A DNA stretch of 64,000 nucleotides, from the NCBI GenBank assembly GCA_002189035.1, contig NEEC01000027.1, positions 434,001-498,000 on the forward strand, written 5' to 3'. The notes under the pieces are model-generated. The model did no database searches. It was not told the origin of the DNA and saw only the letters and a list, made by a program, of their open reading frames with translations. The DNA is from Utricularia gibba. Its lineage: Eukaryota > Plantae > Magnoliophyta. The position numbers and the translations under genes were made by a program. Below, in pieces: positions 12,246 through 24,407 of this stretch (position 1 is the first letter of the stretch; each line of letters starts with the position of its first letter).

Positions 12246-15225
12246 CTACTCCTCTCTGAAGTTGACTGCTAGATCCCAGTAATGCGCCACGCCGTGATCC
12301 TGAAAGTACTTGCGCGCAGCAGCCTCGGTTCTGCACTCCTGGATGCTGAAGCGGCCGAAGCTCTGTCTCGCAACGCTGCCTTGCCACACCAGCGCGCATT
12401 TATTGGTGGGTTTGTCGTCGTCCCCGTCGCCGTCAGCCGCGTCGCCATCTGCATCTCCATCCCCATCTTTCACAGCTGCTGCAGCAGCCCAGTCGATCCT
12501 ACGTAGCATAAGCTTCCCGTATCTTTTGATGGACTTGGCACCACCTTCAACCACGATCACGGTTACTCCTTCCGAGATCAGCGCGCAGCCGTTGAGTCGA
12601 TTCTCGTTAGCGTTCACGTCCACCTTGAAGCGAGCTTGAGGGTGGGAGAGGTCATTGACCTTGTAAACGGAGACGATGGTCTCCAGGGTACTGGGATCAT
12701 CGAAAAGCTTCCTCTCTTTCTTTTCCCGGCGCTCCCCGAAGTGAGCTTCCGGGCAATGTTCCGGTCGATGTGGGCTTGCTCACGTTCCGCTGCTGCGCTC
12801 CTAATCTCCATTTCAAGCTTGTGGGGTCCTGGGTGGCTTCAGCCCCGAGCACCCGCATGAGGTTGCTCATCTTCACTTTAGGTTTGGGTGGCTCCATTAC
12901 ACCCAACCGAATCATCTCCTGTCTCTCCTTCTCCATTGCCAGCCGCCGCTGCGTCCTGAGTTTCTTTTGCTCCTTCTTGGTTAACTTCAGAGGCTGAGGA
13001 GAGGGCGGCGCTGGTTCAGCAGGAGGGTCTATAGGTCGAGGATGCTCAACGTATATCGTGAGTTTCTCCATCTTTATCTTATCTTCAACAAGTCCATCAT
13101 CAACCATATCACCATAGACACCATGAGCAAGAATAAGCACATCCCTGCATCATTAAACACCAGAAATTAAGTAGAAAGGCCCAAGTACGTAAATCATGCA
13201 ATCTGACTTACCACCACTCAACATCAGGGATCGACTCCTTTGGCTTCTCTCTGGTTATAATCCTCTCGCCTATTTCTATCAGATTTGGGTTTATATCAGA
13301 ATCTGTCCTTGCCTTAGCTAGCTGTGCTTGCTTTGCCTTCAGCTCTTTCGCTTTTGCTTCCCCAAACTTGGCCTGTAGAATCAAGCTCAGAAAGCAAGAG
13401 TGAAATAACCAAGAAACCGAACAACAAAAAATGTCAGACCTTGAGTTTAATGATTTCAGCCTCTTTTGACCACTTTCCTTCCTCAACAAACTGAAAGCTC
13501 GATCGTTTGGGCCTCAGTAGCTTGTTTTTATCAATTCCCATCCTTGCATCAAAGTGTGGATTTTTCTCAGGATCCACATCAAGTTCAGGCTTGAGGATTT
13601 GGAATCGGTCTTTTTTTTGCTTGTTGATGTTTACCTGGCAGGGAGAACCAGATTATGAGCAAGGGTGATGTTGAAAAAAAATTCTATTACAAACAGCTGG
13701 TGAATACCTTTAGCGTACTCAAGCTATTCATTTTTGGGACGTTCACCACATCGCCTTGTTCATCAATTTCCCGGCCAAGTGCATCCAGGCGAAGAACAGG
13801 TGTTCTTAAGGGTTTTGGGAGAATTGAAACATCAGGTGGCATCTGCCTGGGAACAAATTGATGAGAGGAGCAAATTCTGGATCTTGCCGGAAGCCCATCT
13901 TCGCGGCAAGCTCCTGTGCTCGCTTTACAGCTTCATATTTCTGGGCAGTGAGGGCAGGAAGATGAGGCAAACCGAGTGGTGAAGCAATCACTTGAGCTGC
14001 AACAGAGGAGGCTGATGCAGAAGTGCCACTGGACGAAATTCCATTAGGAAGAGAGGCAGATGACAGAGGAGCAGAATCTTTGTTCAGCTACACATGGCAA
14101 AACGGAAACGAAAATATCAGGAAAACAGATCCACTAAAGGGTTACAGCTACAATGTGCATCATCATTTTTTTCTTTTTTCTGTTTCCAGAAATGCCACAC
14201 ACAGAATCATATTATCAGCAAATTCCTTAAGGAAAAGCGCCATGATAGGACTAACCACAGGAATCTTCTTCATCCGCTCGGCAAGCTCCTTTTGCATTTG
14301 CAAAGCTCTCTTGGCTTTCGCAAGGGCATCAAGGGATAAGCCCCCACTCTTTCCAGCATCTGAAGCCGCCCCATCTGTACTGGATTTCCCAGGAACCTCA
14401 TGAGGTCTGTTAATACTAACTCCCTTATTTTCATGTGTCGTTGAAAGGGAAGATACCTTAGTAGCAGGGGAATGGCTCCCCGCAAGAGTCTCATGAGTTA
14501 TGCCAGTTGCAGTAACGGCAGATCCAGTCTCTCCCCCCTGAAGAAACGAAGAGTGGGCGCTGAATAAGAACGCGATCGCATACATCATCACTTCGATGGT
14601 TAAAATGCATCGTCATGCGGTTCAGAAGCTAAGCTGATCAAAGCAGACGAAAAGGAATTTGAAATGAAAAGTTCTTGCAACGGGTGCAAGCCAAATGAAC
14701 TGGATGAAGGAAGCGATAATGATTCAGTATGGAGGCAGAGTTGAAGAAGCAGCACACTCACATGGCGAGCTGAACCAGCCTCGGCGGTCGGCACGGAATT
14801 CTTCGCCGAATTCCCTCCGAATCCTGAACTCCCCGGTAAAGGGGTGCCCTGGTTGACCCTCGTATCTTCAAATGTACGCTTCTCCCGTCCATTGCTCTCA
14901 GCAACCCTAGCTTTCTTATCGCTCCTTTCCTCACTATCCCACCTATCCCTTCTCTTGTTCCTCACAGCAGACCCAGGCCTATCGGAATCATGCCGCGAAT
15001 CCCCCTCCCTGTCCGTCCTAGATGCCGATCGACGGCGATCATCGTCCTCCGGTCTGCGGCGATCTTCACCGTTTCTTGGCCGGTGGTGATGCTCTTTGGA
15101 GACCTCTCCATCCCGATGCGAACCAGATTCCCGACGTTCACGCCCTGAACCTTCCTTCCCCATGGAAGCGATAGGGTTCGCCTGCTTCCGGATTTTTCCT
15201 TGTTCCGTTCTGGGCTCGCTGCCAT
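12246..15225 (-). CDS. PRP3: U4/U6 snRNP protein PRP3 (RDM16 ortholog); frameshifted in this sequence
   Basis: R/D/E-rich N-terminus, KVSSLSTTHENKG...SLDALAKAKRALQMQKELA, AQKYEAVKRAQELAAKMGFRQDP, KPKESIPDVEWW, YVEHPRPIDPPAEPAPPSPQPLKLTKKEQKKLRTQRRLA, and C-terminal DVNANENRLNGC...KCALVWQGSV...HYWDLAVNF. Three internal 1-nt deletions (see findings). The start may be 15225 or 15163. Confidence 0.93.
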
Positions 15226-16633
15226 AGATAGCCGCTGATCTTGAATTTCCGAGGCCCCCCTACTTGGGAGGCAAATGCGGCCCGCCGAGTCACGTGGGCC
15301 GGGCTAGGGCCAGCATCCGGCGCAGTGCAGACTGCAGAGAAAGAGAGAGAGATAGAGCTCGTGATGAGATTTGAAATATCGCGTGGCGTTGCAGTGGAGA
15401 CGAAGAAAGGGACAAGAGCAACAGGTTTGGAAATAGAAAGTTGGTGGTGCTCACTTTGCTTAGACTCCATTTCTCACTCATCTTCATCATGTGACTCCCG
15501 TCCTGTCCCTCCATTACCTGCAGCATCCCAAGGGACACCCACAAATGCACCATCATCTTCTCCCCTTTCCCTTCACCATACGTTATTTCATCAGATGCTC
15601 AGAGGGAATGCCACCCCATCAAGTTCCAAGTAAACACAGATCCATGGAAGCCCAATGGCAATCATAAGTGAAAGAAACAGAATGATTTGTAGGACTAGAT
15701 GGGGGTGGTTTCCATGATTGTGCAATCATGATGATGATGAATAGAAGAAGACTGAAACACTGTGGCATCTATCTGATCACCTCACCATTCCACCTCCAAC
15801 AGCACTGCATATTACCAAGGAAAAGGCTACTGCTGATAGCAGGAGCAAGGTCCATTAATCAATCAACTAGACATTGAAATGCAGGCATTCATTCTATGGT
15901 ATGCAGCAGCAGGAGCCCGTGAAGAACAATGTCAGCGGATCCCAGCCCCGGGATCGTTGAGATTCTGCGGAATCGGCATCAGTGTGGTTATGGTTACTGC
16001 TTAAAAGAAAAGGAAAAAGGAAGGGGAGGCACATAAATTGAGGTGGGCAGGTCAAAAAGGCGAGGGGAATCATTGAATGGGGTTTGGATAAACAAAAACG
16101 ACAGTGACGTAGGGGGAGGTGGCTACCCATTTGAATTGAAAACACCACTCCTGAGGCGCGGGCCTACCAACTGGTGTGGTGAGTCCCACCCGCAGGGGAG
16201 CAAAGCCCCACACCTCACTTCGGGTTCCGAGACAAATGAATTTTATATGGAAGAGGAGCGAGCACTCCCAGGCGAGTCCCGACGCGTGCACTCCACGTCG
16301 AGGACTCCTCCGGCGGGCGCGTGTAGATGGTGTGACGTCATCGGCCGGCCTCCTGGCTCTGGGACCGGACGGAGGCGCAGGGACCGATGCCCCCCAACCC
16401 CCCTCCTTGTCCTTTTCCCCTCCCCTCCCCCTCCCCCCTCCTGGCTTATTGTTGTTGAGTAATGCTATTTTATTTTCTCTTCCATTTGGGTCTGTCCTCC
16501 CTGATCCGCAGAAGCATACGAATCTCTTGGCTTCGCCTGATCCCCTTCTATACAATACATACTCGGGAGCCTGACAGGAATCAATGATTTGGGTGTTAAT
16601 GAGGCTGTTTGCGCCATCAAATAAACAATGCAT

Positions 16634-16655
16634 GAGAGAGAGAGAGAGAGAGAGA
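16634..16655. repeat. (GA)11 microsatellite in the GIF1 upstream region (candidate BPC/GAGA site)
   Basis: gagagagagagagagagagaga read directly. Confidence 0.85.
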
Positions 16656-17463
16656 TGGGAAAGGGGGGAAATGCAATGCAATTGCAGGCAGAGATACGAG
16701 ATAAGAGGGGGGGATGTGGTAGGGTCCCCTAGGAGATCTAGGGGAGGGGCGGATGAGATCTTGGGTGTAAAAGATGATCACGTGACTGACCTTCCTGTGC
16801 TTTTTTGTTTCTTTGGGTGTACCAGCAGGGAGCCACCACCAGCCACGGGGCTGCAGCCATGGCTCAGGGGGCGGGGCCTGACTTGGCTAATAAATGCGGG
16901 TGCTGAGCCTGAGCCTGAACCTGATCCTGATCCTGATCTTGATCTGATACACTCCTCAGCCTCAGCCCCGTCTCGTCTCAGCTGCACCCGCTGTCGCTCG
17001 TCCTCGCCAGATTCTTTTCCTCTCCACTCATTGAAAGCGACCTTTCGACATGAGGGTTTTCCATATCTATCTATCTATCTCCTAATGAATGCAGCACCAC
17101 CTCAACAATACTGCATTTATTCCTTTTCCCTCTCCATTCAATTAACTTGCTCGCCCCTCCTCATTGCTTGCGTCGCGACATTTACGGGTTGCACCTACAC
17201 ACGGAGCACATCACAGTAGAGGACAATCCAAATTCAATCCATGAACGACCAATTTAATTAAGCACTCTGCTTAGGCTGCGTGGAGGGCTCACTGGTAGTC
17301 CTTTTTGGGTTTCATTTGCAGAGCCCTTGCTGTTGACAGGGAGCTTGCGTGGTCAAAGTTACAGGGGAGGTGAGAGAGAAACTCGGGAGGAGGAAAGAGA
17401 TAGAAGCTACAGTGTGTGTATGTAGGTGTGTATTGGGCGTTGGTTGGTGTATAAAAGAGAGGC

Positions 17464-18794
17464 ATGCAACAGCACCTGATGCAGACGCAGATGCAGCCCA
17501 GGATGGCAGCCTACTACCACAGTAACGTCACTACTGATCACATCCAACAGGTTTCTTCTCCTCTTCTTCCTCTGCTTCTTCTTCTTCATCTTCTTCCTCT
17601 TCTTCTTCCTGTTTCAGTTCCTGTCCCTTCTCTTCTTGCTGCCACATAAGCTGGATTTCTACCATCTTCTCTTCCAAAATGGTTTCTTTTTTTGTGGGTC
17701 TTGCTTTTGATTTCATACCCAGTGGTTTGGGGCGTGTGGAACACCATTTTTCTATGCCTTTCCCTGAAAAAAAGAAAAGCATGTCTCATTTTCTACTGAG
17801 TGATATGCCGCCTGCCAGTTTCCTTCAAAAGTTGTAATCTTGGTGGGGTTAACACACTTCTTTTTCTGACTTGGCCTCAACTTTTATGCTCGTGAACAGC
17901 CACGGGGATCCCGGCAACATTGTATCTTGACACTGTGTTCTATACTTCCCGACACTTCTCTTTTTCCTTGGGGTTTACTTACTGGTGCTGTTGTGTTCTT
18001 TCTCTTTTTCACATCAACATTCTGTTTGTCACATCCCGACTTCAAAACTTCCACCTTGATCTGTTTTTATTTTTTTCAATGCTTTGCTACGGAGCTGAAA
18101 CTTTGATGTTTGTTGCAGTATCTGGACGAAAACAAGTCCCTGATTCTGAAGATTGTTGAGAGCCAGAACTCTGGAAAGCTGAGTGAATGTGCCGAGTAAG
18201 TTGTGTTTTTTCATCTGCACACTGAAAGGGATGCCAAACATTTTAGGGTTTGAATTGAAATTTGTTACTGTGGCTGCACAGGAACCAAGCGAGGCTTCAA
18301 AGAAACTTGATGTACTTAGCCGCCATTGCTGACTCCCAACCGCAGCTTCCCACCATGCATTCTCAGGTACTCTGAAGACTGTAGTTTTATTCATTAAGAG
18401 ATGGTATCTGACTCCCTTTAGTGTTGGGCGTTGAGCAGTATGCCGGTGGGGGGATGCTACAGACAAGCCCTTATCTGCAGCATCAGCAGTCGCAGCAAAT
18501 GGCTCCACAGTCACTAATGGCCGCCCGTTCATCCATGCTCTACGGCGCACAGCCTTACCCATCCCTCCAAACCCTCCACAGCCAACTCGGGATGAGCTCC
18601 GGCGGAAGCAGCGGCCTTATGCTGCAGGGAGAACCCCACGGTGGGGCTGGGGTTTCCCCGATTTCAGAGGTGGCATGCTAGGAATGGGCGGCGCAGGCAA
18701 GCAAGACACGGTGAACGGTATGACCGTGGAAGGCCCCGGCGGCGGTGACGGCGGTGAGAATCTGTATCTCAAAACCGCCGATGACGGCAATTAG
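17464..18794 (+). CDS. GIF1: GRF-interacting factor 1 / ANGUSTIFOLIA3 (SSXT domain coactivator); one frameshift near the 3' end
   Basis: Exon 1 17464-17550 MQQHLMQTQMQPRMAAYYHSNVTTDHIQQ, exon 2 YLDENKSLILKIVESQNSGKLSECAE, exon 3 NQARLQRNLMYLAAIADSQPQ, exon 4 Q/G-rich. The AN3-type tail GFPDFRGG...GGDGGENLYLKTADDGN* (stop 18792-18794) lies in a shifted frame after the G-run at 18649-18652. Confidence 0.95.
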
Positions 18795-19124
18795 GTTTCC
18801 AATCGGAGTTGATCACTGGTTAAGCTAGAGAGTAGAACTCAAGTCTCGTCTCTGTAATCCTTCCGTAATGGTGTAAAATCATTAGGGTTTTTCCTCCTTC
18901 CTTAATGGGCCTGACCCATTATTAGTATGCCTGGTCTGCTAACTTAGGCCCATCAGGTGCGCCCTTTTATAATTTAGGAAAAAAAAAAAATATTTCCTTC
19001 GCATCATGCTTCTTCTTCTTTGCTCCTGTGCCCATCCCAACACACACGAACAGGGGGGCGCACTTCCATCAGAAAGCATGAAATAACTATCAATCAAGCA
19101 GCAAGGGCAGGGATGCAGCATGGT

Positions 19125-19926
19125 CTAGATCCACCCGGTTAAGCCGTACTTGTCTGCCATGTTGTACACTACCAGCTGTTGCCAAACCGGGCCGAACAGT
19201 TTCTCTCCTCCAACAGCGAAGGTGAGAGCCCATGAGAGCAGAACAGCCGTGAACGCCAGGAAGCCGATGGCGGACCCAAGAACATCTAGTGGGAGATGCA
19301 GCATCAAATGTAAGTAAGGAGCTTTGTTTACAGTGATAGATTTCATTTATACAGTGAGAGTAAAGAGGATGAACTGGTTTCCTAATAAGCCTTGACAAGC
19401 AGCAAAAGGATTGTGAAGAACAGACTCCAGATCATGCCCTAATCACCAAACCATAACATGAACTCGATGCCCCACTTGCAAATCCAATGCATACGAAGGT
19501 ATCACAATGTTCCAAGAAAAACTCCATCAAACAAGAATTCCTCTTTACGGTTAATCGAAATCAACGAAGACTGCTAGACGGCGATTGATTACAAAACCAT
19601 CGAAACATAAACGAACGTAACTTACAGCGACGGAGCAAGGGGTGCGAGTGACGAGAATTCGGGTTCCGAAGGACCGGCCAGAAGTAGAAGCAATTAACAG
19701 CCCACAAAAAGGGCAAGCACAAAAACCCGAATCTGAAGAATCTGCGAGCGTAAACAAGGGAGTCCTCATGCGATAGGCCCAAAGGACCATCTACTGTCGG
19801 CCATCCCTCCCGACTCAAACTTCCTCTCGAGGGTGAATCCCCGTCGGCAGAGACGACTGCGGGAAAAATTCTTTCCCCGGAGTTGGGCTGGCGATCGGCG
19901 GCACCAGATTCCGAACCGTTTTCCAT
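19125..19926 (-). CDS. PEN-2: Gamma-secretase subunit PEN-2
   Basis: Exon 1 19926-19626 (WPTVDGPLGLSHEDSLVYARRFFRFGFLCLPFLWAVNCFYFWPVLR) and exon 2 19285-19125 (YVLGSAIGFLAFTAVLLSWALTFAVGGEKLFGPVWQQLVVYNMAD). GT-AG intron, in phase. Confidence 0.93.
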
Positions 19927-20150
19927 TTGGGGTGGAAATTCCTGGGTTCGAATTCTGAATATCATATTTAAAAATAAATTATACCAGATTTTTTTTATAT
20001 AAAAAATATTATTAAAATGCATAGGTTGTTGATGCTAAGGTTAATAACTCCGCCACTCCTTGAAAAATAATGCCCGTTGACTGAGGGAAGGAAGACGAAC
20101 AAATTTGCTTGAATTTTGGGACTTCTTCTGCAACTTCAGATCGAATTGCA

Positions 20151-21786
20151 ATGGCCGGGAAGGGAAGGCAGGTCTACTCCAAGAATGCGTTACGCAAGTC
20201 GTCGTCGTCTTCGACGTCGACTCTCGCCCTATACGGCGTCGTAATGCTGTCATTGGTGGTCGCGGTCCTTCTAGCTCTTGGGATACTTTCGCTGCCCACC
20301 AGGAGCACAAGGGATTCTCACAGAGTGAACGATCTTAGCTCAATCGCTCACAATTCAGTCCATGGGTTAGTGGATCCGATCTGTGCGAGTTGAATTCAGC
20401 ATTTGATTTCTTCTTTAAGGAGGTATTTCGACTGCTGGTTGTTTCAGGGATGATGAAATCCAGGATACCAGGGATCAGTGGGTAGAAGTCATTTCTTGGG
20501 AGCCTAGAGCCTTCGTTTTTCACAATTTCCTGGTAATGCTCTGATTCCATAGGCAGTTTGCTGAGTCATTTGAAGCTTGGATTGTGCTGTTGTAGATTTC
20601 CACACTATTGCTGCATTTTTTCCTCAATCACACTTGAGGCGTTCTTGTACAAGGATTCTGATCAACAGATAATGCATCTTCATAATCATCTAGAGTGCAG
20701 CAGGCATGTAGAGGGATGATGACTGCTAATGTTCCATTATCTACCTGTGTTTCTGGTTCACGTTTTAAGGCAGCTTGTCGATGAAAGTTTTGCATCTTTG
20801 GGTGGCAGTCGAAGGAGGAATGCGAGTACCTTATTAGTGTTGCTGAGCCACACATGGAGAAGTCATCTGTTGTTGATAGTGAGACCGGAAAGAGCAAAGA
20901 CAGCAGGTTCCTTTGTTTCTTGGCTTTCTCCAATTGCATTTCCAGCATCATCAATTGGGATGCAGAACTAAACTCTACTTGTTTTCTGATGGATCACGTA
21001 ACTTCCCATATTGCTGCCTTCTCGCAGAGTGCGTACGAGTTCCGGAACGTTTCTGGCTCGAGGGCGTGACAAAATCGTCCAGAGAATTGAGAAGCGGATT
21101 GCAGATTTCACCTTCATACCTGTTGGTAGGAATACCACCTTTAATTGTTTCCAAATCCCGTTTACAGCCAAGGGATGCAATTTGACTTCAGTGTGCTAGA
21201 TTCTGGCTCATATTATTTGTTTCTTGCCCTTATTGATCTACAGAGCATGGAGAAGGGCTTCAAGTCCTGCACTATGAGGTAGGCCAGAAGTACGAGCCAC
21301 ACTTCGATTATTTTATGGACCAGTATAATACCCAGAATGGTGGTCAGCGCATTGCCACTGTCCTCATGTACCTGTAAGTGACGTCCATGTGCACATCAAC
21401 ACATTACTTAGATACCCCATCCACCACCTGCATTCTTGATGCCCATTAACAGATCTGATGTGGAAGAAGGCGGAGAAACGGTCTTCCCTGCGGCCAAGGG
21501 AAACTTCACTGCAGTGCCCTGGTGGAATGAGCTGTCTGAATGTGGTAAAGGGGGGCTTTCAGTTAAACCAAAGATGGGTGATGCGCTTCTTTTCTGGAGC
21601 ATGAAGCCTGATGCGAGTCTAGATCCATCCAGTCTGCATGGTCAGTTCTCCTGCTTTAGATTCACTGGCTATCTATTCCTTTTAACCAGCTTCAGGTGGA
21701 TTATCATTTCAGGTGGCTGTCCTGTGATAAAAGGGAATAAATGGTCATCCACAAAATGGATGCGTGTTCATGAGTACAAGGCCTAG
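20151..21786 (+). CDS. P4H: Prolyl 4-hydroxylase (2OG-Fe(II) dioxygenase, P4H3/5/8/10 type, membrane-anchored)
   Basis: N-terminal TM segment, QWVEVISWEPRAFVFHNFL, HMEKSSVVDSETGKSKDSRVRTSSGTFL, EGLQVLHYEVGQKYEPHFDYF, GGQRIATVLMYLSDVEEGGETVFP and SLHGGCPVIKGNKWSSTKWMRVHEY. Confidence 0.97.
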
Positions 21787-22368
21787 TCTAAAAGCCATCA
21801 TCATACTTCTGGTGAGAATGAACACTGAAACCCTTCTAGTAGCAAATAAGCAGGTGTCCATCTTCATCTTCAGTTCAAGTCCTTGATAGAACTCGCGCTT
21901 CAGATACAAGGTTTTTATAGCAACACATCAACAGAGAGCTAGCGCTTCAGTGTCACGTTTGCTTGCCTCTTTTTTCTAGTGTACTTTCTGTAAGTCAACC
22001 AACATTTTTCCTGTTGTTTCTTCTGAGACACCTTTTCTAGAATACACGTGCGTTTTGGTTTACCATCCAACCGATGTTAATCCTTGCTTTTTCTTGAACT
22101 AGACGAGATGAACAAGCTTCATAGCATAAACTAACCACTGAAAAAGTAAGCAGAACTCAAAGTCACTAATCTTAGGACAGCCCCGAAACTCCATTTCTAA
22201 AATGGAGCTGGGAAAAAATCCATCAGTAAAAAGCTCGTATTTGATTCACTGCGTTCGTTTTGCACTGCATAGACTATACAACATGCTCGAGTATACCTGA
22301 AGGTGATGGACATGAAACGTAAAAGGACCTTTGAAAGGAAGCTGGAACCAACAGGGAACCTTCGGTTT

Positions 22369-24068
22369 TCATTGCCTTGAATCTTCAGGATCGAAACCGG
22401 ATAATGTGGCAAGCTCAGAGAGTTGCTTCTCCCCATCCAGAATCTGGAAGAAGAGTCCACTTCAGTACAAGGCCATGCATTACACAGAGGAATTAGATGA
22501 GCTTTGGAGAATTGAGTCCGGAATCCATAGTGTCCTCACCTGACCATTTATGGACCAGCTTGGAAAGCCTTTAAGCTCGGCATCTACACAAGCTTGAGTC
22601 ATACTGTTATCTTTGGTGAGTCCGTTTGGAAAACATTCGACATAGTCCAATAACTTTGTTGCTTCACGCCCAAGTATCTTCCATTAAAAGAAACCAGATT
22701 GTTAGTAACTGCCTTTTCACAAGGTTTTGTGGGTGTTGAAAAAAGACGAAGAAGATACCTCCTTTTGATCCTGACAATGTGAGCACCAAAAAGCACCATA
22801 CAACTTTGCCCCTATGGATTTCAGATGCTTTGCAAGAGAGATCGCGAAGGGACTAGATTCTTTGGCGATGGGGGTTTCGAAATATGGGATTTCATTTATA
22901 TCCATGCTGTCATGCACAATGCAATGTTTGAAAACGGTCATTAGTATGTTTATGCAAAGCCAGTCTCAGCAATACTCAACCCAAATCCAATCTCCAGATG
23001 ATATGAATGAAGACGTGTTACCTTGAGGAGGCAGATTGCACTGAACTATAAGATGCTGACAACGCAATGACCACTAAGCTAGCAACAGTTAGCTGTAAGC
23101 CCAAGACTTTTTGCAGTTCATTAGGGCCAAATCCCTGCAAAATGAACCACAGAAGATTAGGGATTTTCACATGATAATATCACAAGACACTGGAAAAGAA
23201 GACCTTGATCGAAAGGACCAACAAGCTGAAGGAAAGGATTGCTGATGCTAAGCAATATAAACAAGTTTCTCCGGAGAATTCAGTGCTCAGTATGTACAGG
23301 AAGTCGGCACTAGAAACTGCCATGGCGGTTGTCAATCCAATCAGGATATATTCTCCATCACTTTTCCCAGTGGTGAGGTCCTTTCTCCTGCCACTCAACT
23401 GCAGGCCAAGTACTGTAACTAAACCATATGCCACCATCCCAAAAACTGGCAAAGGAACCCCTGAAAATACGCAAAATAGACTCCTGAGATGGGATGAATC
23501 TTTCAACTTCAAGGAACCTTCTCATTGAAGCAGGATACAGAGACTACCGAAAACCGAGGAGTAGTCGCTGGTTAAGATGGTGTTACAGGACGCCCCTCCT
23601 GTAGGACAAAAGGCATCCGTGTTGCTGAGCTTTAGGTAAGTCAAATAACAAGTCTCCAACAATCCTAGCCCGCCAAGAGCTGCACACCATGTGTATGGTG
23701 AAATGCCAGCTTTATCATCACCATCACCACCGCCATTGGAAGAAGAAGAAGACGGCGACTCCGACGATGAAGTAAGCAAATTCTCTTCATTCTGCGATCT
23801 CGCATCCTCGTTACTCCACTCCGAAGTGCAGTTAACTTTCAGCGACACACGCCTCCGCAACCTAACTTCCTGATCCAGCAATCGATTGGCACAATTTATG
23901 AAATCTTCACCTAATATCATTGCAGGCTTATGAAAAACGTGAAAACAGTTCGATAATTCTCACCTTGAAGTAAGGTAAATAAGCAACTCCCGAACGCGAA
24001 CAGAGAAATGGAACCTGATGAAGAGTAGAACAGGAGGATGCGGTGCTCAAGCAGCTAGTCGTCGCCAT
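22369..24068 (-). CDS. LTO1: Thylakoid thiol-disulfide oxidoreductase LTO1 (VKOR plus thioredoxin-like domain)
   Basis: Transit-peptide exon 24068-23964. VKOR motifs ETCYLTYLKL..FCPTGGASCNTILTSDYSSVFGVPLPVFG and CLYCLASA. Trx-like GAKLYGAFWCSHCQDQK, YVECFPNG and GFPSWSINGQILDGEKQLSELATLSGF. Stop at 22371-22369. Confidence 0.95.
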
Positions 24069-24407
24069 CCCCGTCGCCGCCGCGGCCGTGTGGTCACAAT
24101 ATATCTAGCTCTATAAAATGCCAAATAAACAAATAAATAAAATGAAAATTTTACAAATTACTGTGATTTAAGGAATTTCTATTACCTTCAAAGACCCTGT
24201 TCTTCTTCTCCGATTGGCGGTTTCCAGGGCCTGAAGAGCATCGGAGGGCTCAGTTTGAAACCTCCATTCAGATGTAAGGCTGAAAACCCGTCATTCTCTC
24301 GGCCATTTTGTACTGATTCCAAATTTGTAATCGCTTCCCTATCAACGGTGAATGCTTATCCAACTGCCTCATTCTCGTTAGTTTATAAAGACTTCACTTT
24401 GAGGAAG

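Noticed and set aside
16043-17219. Several 130-210 aa ORFs on both strands upstream of GIF1
   Set aside because: Low-complexity translations of GA, G/C and hexamer repeats, mutually overlapping, with no splice structure or family motif.
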